Positions 1-9,900 of a DNA stretch of 37,644 bases are shown piece after piece (within the stretch, counting starts at the first letter, position 1; the number at the start of each line of letters is the position of its first letter). The notes under the pieces were generated by a model. The model saw only the letters and a list, made by a program, of their open reading frames with translations, did not search any database and was not told where the DNA came from. Source of the stretch: a virus (taxonomy: Duplodnaviria > Caudoviricetes). Position numbers and translations under genes: made by a program. The DNA lies in the IMG/VR virus record IMGVR_UViG_3300012953_000080, positions 1 to 37,644 of that record. One strand, 5' to 3'.

Positions 1-456
1 CTTTGCACCTTTAACACCTCTTCTTGACTTATGCTCTTCTCTACGCTTATCAATAGTCTTACCTCTCTTATTCTCTGAATCAAACATTGCAGGTTCACCG
101 TGTCCTGGTCCAGACCTTCTATAATTTCTGATAGATGCCTTACCATAATCTGAACGACCTTTATCTACCTTTGCTTCAACTTGTACTTCTTCAGTTTTAT
201 TCTTAGCATTGGAATGATGTGAGGCATCACCAAACGCAGGATTATTCTTATATGGTTCTGATTGCTTTGCCTTTTCTTTCTTTAATTTTTCTGCTTTCTT
301 CTCAAGGTATTTTTTCATAACACCTTTTGGTTTACCATCTCCCTTATAGAGACCATACGATTCTCCTTCCTTCACACAATCATTAACAGTTTTACCGCCT
401 TTCTTTTTGGTGCCAACTTTCTTGTAACCTTTCCAGCAGTTTAATTTAGTAGCCAT
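1..456 (-). CDS. Lys-rich hypothetical protein with CWxGY...CV motif, 3'-truncated at window edge; possible head-internal protein
   Basis: Not in the ORF track. Hand translation from ATG at 456 gives MATKLNCWKGYKKVGTKKKGGKTVNDCVKEGE..., open to base 1. It starts 1 nt after the TAG of the upstream gene. The motif recurs in small proteins of marine T4-like phages. Confidence 0.8.
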   Translation of the reverse strand, partial: MATKLNCWKGYKKVGTKKKGGKTVNDCVKEGESYGLYKGDGKPKGVMKKYLEKKAEKLKKEKAKQSEPYKNNPAFGDASHHSNAKNKTEEVQVEAKVDKGRSDYGKASIRNYRRSGPGHGEPAMFDSENKRGKTIDKRREEHKSRRGVKGAK

Positions 457-457
457 A

Positions 458-1003
458 CTAGCCTCCAACAACCTGAACTTGTTCTACAACTACACCACCA
501 GATCCAGATCCAGCAGTCAGTTTAACTGCTCTTGATACTTGAGGAATATTTCCTGCAGTAGCATCAGCAGCAGATAATGCATAGTCACCAGATGCAGAAG
601 ATGCATCTATATCAGTTGTGATAGTAGTGCCAGTAGCAGATGCCACTTTCTTACCACTAGATGCAGCAGATTCAAATGCAGCAACGAAACCATCTGTATC
701 TCCACCATCTACGGTTTCGATATAATCATCAGCACTGAATGTATGACGACCACCACCAGAGAATCCCTGAATAGTTAATACAGTAGGGTTAGCATCCGTA
801 GCAGCAGAAATCTTTGCATGCTTTGGTTTACCACAATAAATTAATATTGCTTCACCAGCAGCAAGTGTAATTGCTGGACCTGCGTCTACTTGAATACTTG
901 ATGCTGCTGTTGCGAAACATCGAAGAACTCCAGTTTTAACCACAACGTATGCACTGCCACTGGCAGACACCGTTTGTGTATCTAATACATTTAATACTGA
1001 CAT
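458..1003 (-). CDS. hypothetical protein (181 aa, beta-rich) downstream of gp16
   Basis: ORF has a GAGG SD a few nt upstream of the ATG and a late promoter at 1038-1045. Codon style matches neighbouring genes. Confidence 0.8.
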   Translation of the reverse strand: MSVLNVLDTQTVSASGSAYVVVKTGVLRCFATAASSIQVDAGPAITLAAGEAILIYCGKPKHAKISAATDANPTVLTIQGFSGGGRHTFSADDYIETVDGGDTDGFVAAFESAASSGKKVASATGTTITTDIDASSASGDYALSAADATAGNIPQVSRAVKLTAGSGSGGVVVEQVQVVGG

Positions 1004-1036
1004 TGTTGCCTCTCTAGGTATTACCTATCTACAGGA

Positions 1037-1459
1037 TTATTTATCTTGTTTTTGTTTTAAGAACTTAGCAAGTTCTGTTGTGCTACCAACGAACATGGTG
1101 TTGTTAGTAACCTCTGTACTCTTAGAATTTTTAGGATTTTCTATATCATTAACTTTCTTATGTAAATCAGCAAGTTTATCTGCTACGTCACCTACATGTT
1201 TAATTAACTGACCAGCAACCTCATATGCTCTAGGTTGATCTGATTCCTGTGCAAGTTCCAATATACCATCAACTGCCTCCTGACCCTTCTCAATCAATGA
1301 ATATAAATTTCCACGGGTATACTCATAATCTTTCTTAAGTTCTTGAGTGGTATCCTTAACAGGTACCAACTTGTCTGTTCTTTTAGCACAACCGTTCTCT
1401 GGTGCAGTGATTGCTTCTACATCCAGAGCTTTCTCTATGCCGTCGAAACTATTCGTCAA
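1037..1459 (-). CDS. gp16: terminase small subunit (T4 gp16-like)
   Basis: Motifs DYEYTRGNLYSLIEKGQEA, HPR-like QPRAYEVAGQLIK and NNTMFVGSTTEL; lies directly after gp15. The start is placed at TTG 1459 (MTNSFDGIEKALDV) rather than 1543, which overlaps gp15 by 95 nt. The start is uncertain. Confidence 0.88.
   Translation of the reverse strand: MTNSFDGIEKALDVEAITAPENGCAKRTDKLVPVKDTTQELKKDYEYTRGNLYSLIEKGQEAVDGILELAQESDQPRAYEVAGQLIKHVGDVADKLADLHKKVNDIENPKNSKSTEVTNNTMFVGSTTELAKFLKQKQDK
1038..1045 (-). promoter_or_regulatory. T4-like late promoter GATAAATA overlapping the gp16 stop codon
   Basis: Minus strand reads GAT AAA TAA, about 35 nt upstream of the ATG at 1003. Confidence 0.65.
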
Positions 1460-2249
1460 CGCCTGTGCTTGGGTTTCTTGACTTTCCATCAGTAAATTCA
1501 CTGTAAATTTCATTGAATCCAAAATCATCATCTGGATCTGCATTTGCTGGATCAGGAGTTGCGGTATACCGAACTTCCCTAGGTGCAGTTACCTTAGAAT
1601 CAGTAGCATAATCAATAATTGCCTTAGTGATAACCTCACCTGTAGCAACCTGAACAGGACCGTAAAGATAACTCTTAGCAACAAACTGTAATGTATAAAC
1701 TAGAGTTCTACGTGTATCAAAATCCCCTTCATATACATCCTCATAACTAACATCTTGTAATGTCACTGGATAATCTTTTGATTCACCTATCTCAGGAACC
1801 AAATTTAAAGTAATATTAAATGATGGTTGGAATACAGGTAAGATCTGCTCTATTATTTGTAGAGCATCATCCTGATTCTTTGCTAATATACCCAATTCAA
1901 AATTGATATTATATGGTACTGGCATGAAGGATTTCTTAGTCGATCCATCATCAGCAGTATATCTTATATATTGAGTTGGAGAAAGTTTTCTCTGAGGGTC
2001 ATATGATATGCCCTGCATCTCAAATGAAATACGAGGAAGAGTGATCTGTGCAGCATCCTTAGCTGATAGATCACCAACAGCACGAAGACGTGCTAAGAAT
2101 TTTTGTTTTGGACCATACGCTAAAGGTACCTTCATCACCTGAACGGCACCACCAGATCCAGTGCGACGCACTTCTATGTTATTAAAAAGGGTACCGAATC
2201 CGACAACCGTCTTTCTAATTATTTCATGATATGTATAGGTACCTAACAT
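1449..2249 (-). CDS. gp15: tail sheath stabilizer / tail completion protein (T4 gp15-like)
   Basis: Motifs YHEIIRKTVVGFGTLFNNI, KVPLAYGPKQKFLARL, TLPRISFE, PVPYN and QIIEQILPxFQP; synteny gp13-14-15-16. Confidence 0.93.
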   Translation of the reverse strand: MLGTYTYHEIIRKTVVGFGTLFNNIEVRRTGSGGAVQVMKVPLAYGPKQKFLARLRAVGDLSAKDAAQITLPRISFEMQGISYDPQRKLSPTQYIRYTADDGSTKKSFMPVPYNINFELGILAKNQDDALQIIEQILPVFQPSFNITLNLVPEIGESKDYPVTLQDVSYEDVYEGDFDTRRTLVYTLQFVAKSYLYGPVQVATGEVITKAIIDYATDSKVTAPREVRYTATPDPANADPDDDFGFNEIYSEFTDGKSRNPSTGVDE

Positions 2250-3124
2250 TATAGAGATCCACTAGAGTTTCCAAATTCACCGAAGGGATTACCTTCAGTA
2301 AAGTCAACTATGCTATCAGCTTGAGTTTCAAACGTTTGATTCTGATCCCAATCAGAGCTAACATTATTTAGTGTATTATAAGAAGCGGTTGTCCAGGCAG
2401 CACCACTGGTCTGTCCTGTAACTGTTTCTGGTATTGAGAATATTCCAGATCTGTTAAAGAGTTGTAGTTGTCTGTTAGTAGAATCCCAAGCTTTAACTTC
2501 TGCTGTAACATTAGAAGTTCCACCAGCAACAATCTCACCAACAGTGAAATCACCTGTTCCACCCACAGCAAAGTTAGCAGTGATTGCAACAGAGAAATCC
2601 TGTTCGATCTTATCAATTGCAGCAACACCTGTTGAGAAGTCTTCGTCGCTGTATTCGAATAACTCACAACGTATACCCCAAACATATTGCTGACCCAACT
2701 GGTAGAAGGGTACTTCATGCTCTACAAATTGTATCTCAAAAATCTTATTTGCCAATGGGAAGTAAATTAAGTCTCCCTCATTTGGTCTACCTTCTACTAT
2801 AAGAGTAGCATTATCATCTACTGCAGAAGTAAATCTCCTCTTAGAGCAAATGAATGTTACCTGATCAGATATACGAACACCAAACTTACTAAACATATCA
2901 CCGTCACCACGAAATCCACCTGAATCCTCAATGTACATCTCAACTATATGAGCAGATGCAAATGCACTAGCAGGATCCTCAGAGAATATAGTATTCTCAT
3001 TGACTAATGTACGGGGCATATAATACACATCCTTTCCGAACATTTTAATTTGTTCGTCAATAAGATCTTGAACTAATCCCTGTTCACCAGTGGTTCCTTG
3101 ACTGAAGTAAGTGTTAGTAGCCAT
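2249..3124 (-). CDS. gp14: neck protein (T4 gp14-like)
   Basis: Motifs EQIKMFGKDVYYMPR, SKFG, RPNEGDLIYFPL, FEIQFVEHExPFYQLG and C-terminal DFTEGNPFG; TAATG coupling to gp15. Confidence 0.93.
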   Translation of the reverse strand: MATNTYFSQGTTGEQGLVQDLIDEQIKMFGKDVYYMPRTLVNENTIFSEDPASAFASAHIVEMYIEDSGGFRGDGDMFSKFGVRISDQVTFICSKRRFTSAVDDNATLIVEGRPNEGDLIYFPLANKIFEIQFVEHEVPFYQLGQQYVWGIRCELFEYSDEDFSTGVAAIDKIEQDFSVAITANFAVGGTGDFTVGEIVAGGTSNVTAEVKAWDSTNRQLQLFNRSGIFSIPETVTGQTSGAAWTTASYNTLNNVSSDWDQNQTFETQADSIVDFTEGNPFGEFGNSSGSL

Positions 3125-3125
3125 A

Positions 3126-3926
3126 CTATCCTATCATGTCTAATGGTGGTGTTTCCCAAACAGATCTAAGTTCTTCATCCAAATTCTTTAATTCTTCAAC
3201 AGCATCGTTATATATCATTTCTCCATTAAGAGTCACACCACCAGGCATTTGAACGTTTTGGAACTTAGTCATATTCTGACCCCACTGCTTTTTAAACTTA
3301 GCAGTGACATAATCTTTGATCCACATTTGATTGTAGATCTCTGTCCATGTATTAGGATCGAGTGCTCTCCAACAAGCAATGACAATATATTGATCTTCTA
3401 AGGCATCTTGTACCCAGTCAAAATCAATATAAATTTTATCTTGAACATTATTAAAACGAATTGGTTTCATACCTTCTAGTAGGAAATTAATAGTTTCAAG
3501 ATGTTGTTGTATCATATAATAATGATAAAACTGTGTAGAGGTAAAGTCATACAGGTCATTTAAACGCATCTGATATCTAATATCAAACATGTTACGTGTA
3601 CCCTTATCAGTAAATCCAAAGATACCTTCAATAGCCGTTATATGATCTGGTATTGAAATAAAATTATTCTGAGTCATCCATACAGTAGAACCATCAGCAG
3701 CATTCTCATTAGTATTAGTTATTGCATTCTCAATTTCTGCTGCAGTAAGTTTATGTTTCAGATACACTCTCTCTGCACCCTCATAGTGGAAGTTCTGAAA
3801 CTTCTGAATAGCATAATCAATAGCATCGTCAGCTTGATCGTCTGAGATGTTAACCTCCAAGACTGGTTTACCCAGTCTACGTAGAGCATACTCTTTAAGA
3901 GTTGATTTTGTTGTAGGAATTGCCAT
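3126..3926 (-). CDS. gp13: neck protein / head-tail adaptor (T4 gp13-like)
   Basis: Motifs LKEYALRRLGKPVLEVN, WIKDYVTAKFKKQWGQNMTKF and MPGGVTLNG; synteny. Confidence 0.93.
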   Translation of the reverse strand: MAIPTTKSTLKEYALRRLGKPVLEVNISDDQADDAIDYAIQKFQNFHYEGAERVYLKHKLTAAEIENAITNTNENAADGSTVWMTQNNFISIPDHITAIEGIFGFTDKGTRNMFDIRYQMRLNDLYDFTSTQFYHYYMIQQHLETINFLLEGMKPIRFNNVQDKIYIDFDWVQDALEDQYIVIACWRALDPNTWTEIYNQMWIKDYVTAKFKKQWGQNMTKFQNVQMPGGVTLNGEMIYNDAVEELKNLDEELRSVWETPPLDMIG

Positions 3927-3930
3927 TTAC

Positions 3931-6900
3931 TTATAGAGCAGCGATTCTGAGTTTAAATGCAGCGAAGTTTGCCGACGCAGCAACCTCAGCTTTGAGGGTA
4001 GCTAATGTAATTGTTTCTGCTTGTAGTGCAGAATCAGCAGTTGCACCTTGTGCAGCAGTAGCATATGCAGTTGCAGCAGTGGTTGCGACAGTGCCGAGTC
4101 CAAGGGTTGTCCTTGCAGCAGCAGCGTCAGCATCATCAATTAAATTGCCACCGAATGTACTTACAGCAGACGCAGCGAGTGCAGCGTCAGCAGTTGTACC
4201 CTGTGCAGCAGTAGCGAAATCACCTGTAGCAGCAACAGCAGCAGTGCCAAGTCCAAGAGTGGTTCTGGCAGCAGCAGCGTCAGCATCATCAATTAGAGTT
4301 GCACCGTAAACACTTACAGCAGAAGCGTCAAGTTTTCCAGTAATACCTGCTACAACACGAGCATCAGCACGTGCGTTGGTGTAGTAAAGATTGCTTGACC
4401 CTTCTGATAAATCATCAGTATCAGCAGCAGCAATACGTGCGTCTGCTCTAGCGTTAGTGAAGAATACGTTAGTGGATCCTTCAGTTACGTTATCAGTATT
4501 AATATCTGACTGAGTAACACTAAGAGTACCACCACTGTGTGTGATACCTGTTCCATATGTAAAGTGACCTCTAGTTCTAGCAGCAGTTGTAAAGAGGTTA
4601 GATGAACCTTCAGTTACATTGTCAGTGTCAATGTCTGCCTGTGTTACAGAAAGGGTTCCACTACTGTGTGTGATACCAGTACCATATGTGAAGTGAGTAC
4701 GTGTACGAGCAGCAGTAGTAAAGAGATTTGTTGATCCCTCAGTTACAGTATCAGTATTAACATCTGCCTGTGTAACTGATAATGTATATGTGTTAGCAGC
4801 GTCATCATAAACTTTAGTAACACCAGTACCAGCAACGATAACAGCATTCAATCTGTCATCAACTCTTTCATTAGTAAAGTAAAGATTTGATCCTTCTGCT
4901 ACATCATCTGTATCATGGTTGGATAGAGATGCAATAGTAGTTGGAGTTGTGTATGAGAATACACCAGTAGAAGCATTATATGATAATGATCCAGTTGCAC
5001 TAATATGTCCACGAGTCCTTGCAGCAGTTGTGAAGAGATTGGTTGAACCTTCAGTTACGTTATCAGTGTTAATGTCTGCCTGAGTAACAGAAAGTTCTCC
5101 ACCACCCGATAACGCGACACCTGTTCCGTAGGTGAAATGCGTTCTCGTTCTTGCTGCAGTGGTGAAGAGGTTAGTACTACCTTCAGTAACGTTGTCAGTA
5201 TTGATATCTGCCTGAGTAGTACTCAAGGTTAAGATATTACCAGCATCATCATAGGTAGCAGTGATACCTGTACCACCAGTAATTAACGCATCAACTCTGT
5301 CGTCAACACGCTCATTAGTGAAGTATAGGTTTGTTGATCCTTCTGTTAGAGCATCAGTATCATGGTTAGCAATACTACCAACCTGTGACTGACCAAAAGT
5401 GATGTTACCAGTGATATTCAAGTTACCTTGAACTTCGAAGTCAGTTGTTGATCTGAAGTTATCTACAGTTAATCTGTTTGTAGAAGGATTGTATGTAAAG
5501 TTTGTCGAGTCTGTACGAATCTCTGTGTTACCAGTATTCGTAGAAACGAAAGCAGGATAGTATGTTAGGTTTGAAGTAGTAGTGTCAGTAACATTGACAA
5601 GACTTGTACTAGCAGCGTTACCTGTCAACTCACCAGTTACATTACCAGTAATCTGTCCTGTGACTCCTAAAGTTCCACCGATAGTAGAATTAGAAGTTAC
5701 ATCAAGAGTATTTGTTGTGGTTAATCCTTCGAATGTTGCAGCACCAGAAGTAGAATTAAGAATAATCTTATCTGTGCCAGATCCATTCTGAAGTTTTAAT
5801 GTCTTAGAAGCACCACGTAGAACGAAATCATCTTTGAATAATGAAGTGCTGTTCTGTGTGATAGTTCCACTGAAGGTGGAGTTACCATCTACATTTAAAG
5901 TAGTATCAAAGTCAACTGCACCAGTTACATTAAACTGATCGTCAATGGTTGTGGATCCTCCAACATCTAAGGTTCCAGCAATGTCAGTGTTACCATTAGA
6001 ACCAGTAACCTGGAACTTATCGGTGTTGACAATAATAGAACCACCGATAGTTGCGGTAGCAGTTGTCGTTATGCTTGAAACATTCAGAACTGCTAATGTT
6101 GTGTTACCAGTTACATCTAGGGTTCCAACAATATCAGTGTTACCAGTAGCACCATTGATGGTTACCTTTGTAGCAGCGTTAGCACCAACAAAGATATCTG
6201 ATCCAACATAGAGATCTTCATCAATAGTTGCACCACCAGCAGTTACCATCAAGGCAGCGTTACCAGCAAGAGATGTTGGGTTAGTGTTATTAGTAAGAGA
6301 TGTGAGTCCAGTTACACCTAATGTATTAGTGATATTTGAAGCACCATTTACATCTAGAGTTCCCTGAATATCTGTATTACCTGTTGCTGAAGCAACCGTA
6401 AATTTATCCGTGCCATTATCTAACTGAATCTTAAAGTTCTTGTTATCAGCATTCAATATAAGATTGTCTTGGAAAGTACCAACACCATCTACATTTAGAG
6501 TGCCATCTAAATCAGTTGCCTGAGTAACATTGAATGTGTCATCTATTACTGTAGCACCCTCTACATTGAGAGTACCCTGAATATCTGTATTACCATTGTC
6601 TGTATCAATACTAAACTTAGTAGAACCACCAGCAGTCTGAACACTAACAAGTTTGTTGTCTGCCTTGACTGTTAAAGCATCGGTAATGGTAGTTAAACCA
6701 GAGATGTCTGCTGTACCAGTAACAGTTAAGTTATCATCTACCTGTGTTTCTCCAGTGGCAGAGTCAAGAACTAAATTACCATTAGCAGTATCAATTTCAG
6801 ATGAAGCAGCAACACCAATTCTAATGTTGTCAGCAGTAATATCTGTGGAAGTAATCGCTGCGTTAAATGTTGATGTTGCATTTACAGTTAATGTATCTGT

Positions 6901-9900
6901 AGCATCATCACCCAACGTTGTATTGCTATCAACCTGAAGGTTTCCATCAACCTCTGCATTATCAGTTATGTGAACCTTACCAGCATTGGAATCTAGGACA
7001 AGGTTGCCAGCAGTTGTGCTAATTTCATTGCTTGCATCAACACCAATCTTAATATCATCAGCAGTGATGTCAGTAGAGGTGATTGCCTGATTGAATGTTA
7101 CTGTACCTGTAACGGAATGAGCATCACCAGATGCGTTACCGATAGTAGCGTTTCCATCAACTATTAATGTACCATCAACTTTTGCATTTCCATCAACATT
7201 TAAATTATTATCTACGTCTAGATCATCAGTAACATTAACTGTACCGTTAGCAGAATCAAGGACTAGATTACCAGAGGTAGTACTAATCTCATTAGAAGCA
7301 TCAACACCAATTTTAATGTTATGAGCAGTGATATCTGTGGAAGTGATTGCTTGGTTGAACTGAACTGTTCCGTTGACAGTGTGTGTATCTGTTCCAGCAT
7401 TACCAATAGTTGCATTACCATCTACCGCTACAGTACCAGCGATTGTGGTGTTACCAGTAGCAGCAGCAACCGTGAATTTGCTAGTAGCGATGTCAAAGTT
7501 TCCATCGATACCAACATGAGAATCAACATCAAGAGTACCATCAATTTGTGTATTTCCAGCTACATCTACATTTTCTCCAACGAATAAACTTAATCCAATA
7601 CCAGCACCACCACCAACTATAAGTGCACCACTTGAAGCAGTAGTTGCATTAGTAGTATCAAATAATTTAACACTACCTGCGTCTATACCAGTACGAGTTC
7701 CACTAAACGCTTCAGAGGAGTTAGTAGCATTATGAAAGAGTGCAAATCTTGAAGCAGTATTATCCCATCCAAAGAATCCAACCTTAGCAGATCCATCATA
7801 ATAACGGAATTCAATACCACGATCTTTTGCATCTGCACCTGAAGGAGCAGTATCACCACCAAGAGTAAAGACAGGATCGTCTAAAGTCTGGGTAGTAGAA
7901 TTGATAGTTGTGGTTGTACCATTTACAGTAAGATTACCCTCTACAACGGTATTTCCACCCACTTCTAGGTTTTTCCCTGCAGCAAGAGTTACATCACCGT
8001 TAAACGTGCTTGTAGCGTTGACTGTGAGGGCATCAGTATCAGCATCACCAATCGTTGTTTGTGATCCTGTTATATTAACTTCTCTATTAAATGTTGCGTT
8101 ACCATGAACAGTTAAAGAACCATCAGTTGCGGTACCCTGTCCAACCCTACCAATTGTAGTAGCACCAGACTCACCTAATACTTGGAACTCAACGTTCTCG
8201 TTGGTTGTTGCCTTACCAATATAAAGGTCATCACCAATATGTAAATCCTGAACAATACCAGCACCACCAGAAACACGTAAGTTTGCATCTGCATCATCAG
8301 CAAATGCTGCATTATGTGCTGAGGTAGAACCAATATATTGACGATACTTGATATCTACATTATTAAGTAAAGAAGGTCTTGTACGAGCAGTACCAGCATC
8401 CTTAACTACGATACGATCAGATACATATAAATCTCCACCAACACGTGCGTCTACATCTACGTTAAGACCACCATCAATATCAACTGAACCTTCAGAAGAT
8501 TTAGTGATAGCAGACTCAGATGCAGTAGCATCAACTGTTATATTTGTTGTCTTCTCAAATGTTGCTAAAGAATTAATATTAACTGTGCCTTCAATATCTG
8601 TATTACCATTCGTTGAACTGACAAGGAATTTAGTATCAGTACCATTAGTAATCTTAAATTCTTTACCAGTGACATCCATTAGGAAGTCATTGTGGAAGAC
8701 TACATCATCATCAACATCTAATGTACTATTAAATGTTACTCCAGCATCAACATCTAGTGTGCTGTTAAATGTTACACCAGCATCAACATCTAGAGTACCA
8801 TCTGAATGTGTGTTACCGTTGTCTGTATCTATGTCAAATACACTGACACCAGCAGCAGTTTGAACATCAAATTTCTTATTGTCTGCTTTGATAATAACGT
8901 TATCAGTAATAGTGGTCTCTAGTTGAATATCAACTGTACCTTCTATTACTGTATTACCATTATCATAATCAACAGTAAACTTATCTACTCCAGCGTTAGT
9001 CTGTATATTAAATGACTTATTATCTGCTTTAAAGATTACATTATTATTAACTTCTGACTGTCCTGCAATAGTGACAGTACCACCTATATGTGCGTTCTCA
9101 GAGAGTCCTAATCCCCCCGTGACCACCAACGTGCCCGTCGTGGTGGAAGTTGATCCTGTGTTTGTTGTGAGTGCGAGGTTGCCAGCAATGATAGGAGCGT
9201 CAGTGCCAGTGAAAACTTCATTGGTGTTAGTGGCGTTGTAGAGGAACCTAAACCCGCCAGTGCTAGACCATAGGTTAGCATTTGCATAATCCTCGTCCCA
9301 CCCGAAGAACCCGAGCCTTGCTTGCGTGTCATAATACTTAAATTCTATACCACGATCTTTGTTATCGTCTGCTACTGGAGTAGTATCACCACCCAGTGTA
9401 AATATAGGATCATCAATGGTAACAACAGTTGAATTAACCGTGGTTGTTGTACCATCTACCTGTAGATCTCCACGAATCTGAACCTTACCAGAGATATCAT
9501 CGTCATCATTAGGATCCAATACCATTGTAGCATTGGTTGTAGAGAAAACGTTATCTTGGAAATGATAGTCCTCAACATTAACACGATGATCTACATCAGT
9601 CGCACTAATTGTAATATCTTGATCAGCAGTAATATTAATAGTTGCATCACCAGCACCAGCATTACCAGAATTAATATTTAATGCACGGTTAACTGATTCA
9701 TTGACTTCTAATGCAACTTCAAAGTTACCACTAGTTCTTTTTATAAATTGATCAGCCTTTGAAACATCTAAAGTAAGGTTTCCAGATAAGGTTGTGTCAA
9801 GATTAATATCTACAGCACCAGTGAGAGATGAACCACTTGTAGCACTTCCATTACCATTAGCAGTATCACTGTTAACAGCAGGATAGTTATTACCTTGAGA

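Noticed and set aside
1460-1543. N-terminal extension of gp16 in the ORF track
   Set aside because: It lies wholly inside gp15; gp16-like sequence begins near TTG 1459.
2368-2718. Leu-rich same-strand alternative-frame ORFs (also 13044, 13665, 23445, 23649, 24380, 28340, 31892, 34349) resembling membrane proteins
   Set aside because: T-ending codons in the main frame automatically create Leu/Val/Ile/Met in the +1 frame, and I saw no codon shift marking these as constrained.
3928-3935. TATAAGTA late-promoter-like motif before gp13
   Set aside because: It is only 1 nt from the ATG, so a transcript would start inside the gene.
3920-4309. + strand 129-aa Ala-rich ORF, and similar + strand ORFs (5582, 5945, 6653, 7901, 8348, 10895, 14255, 16343, 22754, 23261, 26419, 29473, 30055)
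   Set aside because: These are codon-aligned mirror frames of long Ala/Thr/Gly/Val-rich minus-strand genes, with no independent motifs or expression signals.
4010-5385. Fibre repeats as a CRISPR array or DGR template/variable repeat pair
   Set aside because: The repeats are in-frame coding units differing mainly at synonymous sites. There are no unique spacers, no adenine-specific mismatch pattern, and no cas or reverse transcriptase gene in the window.
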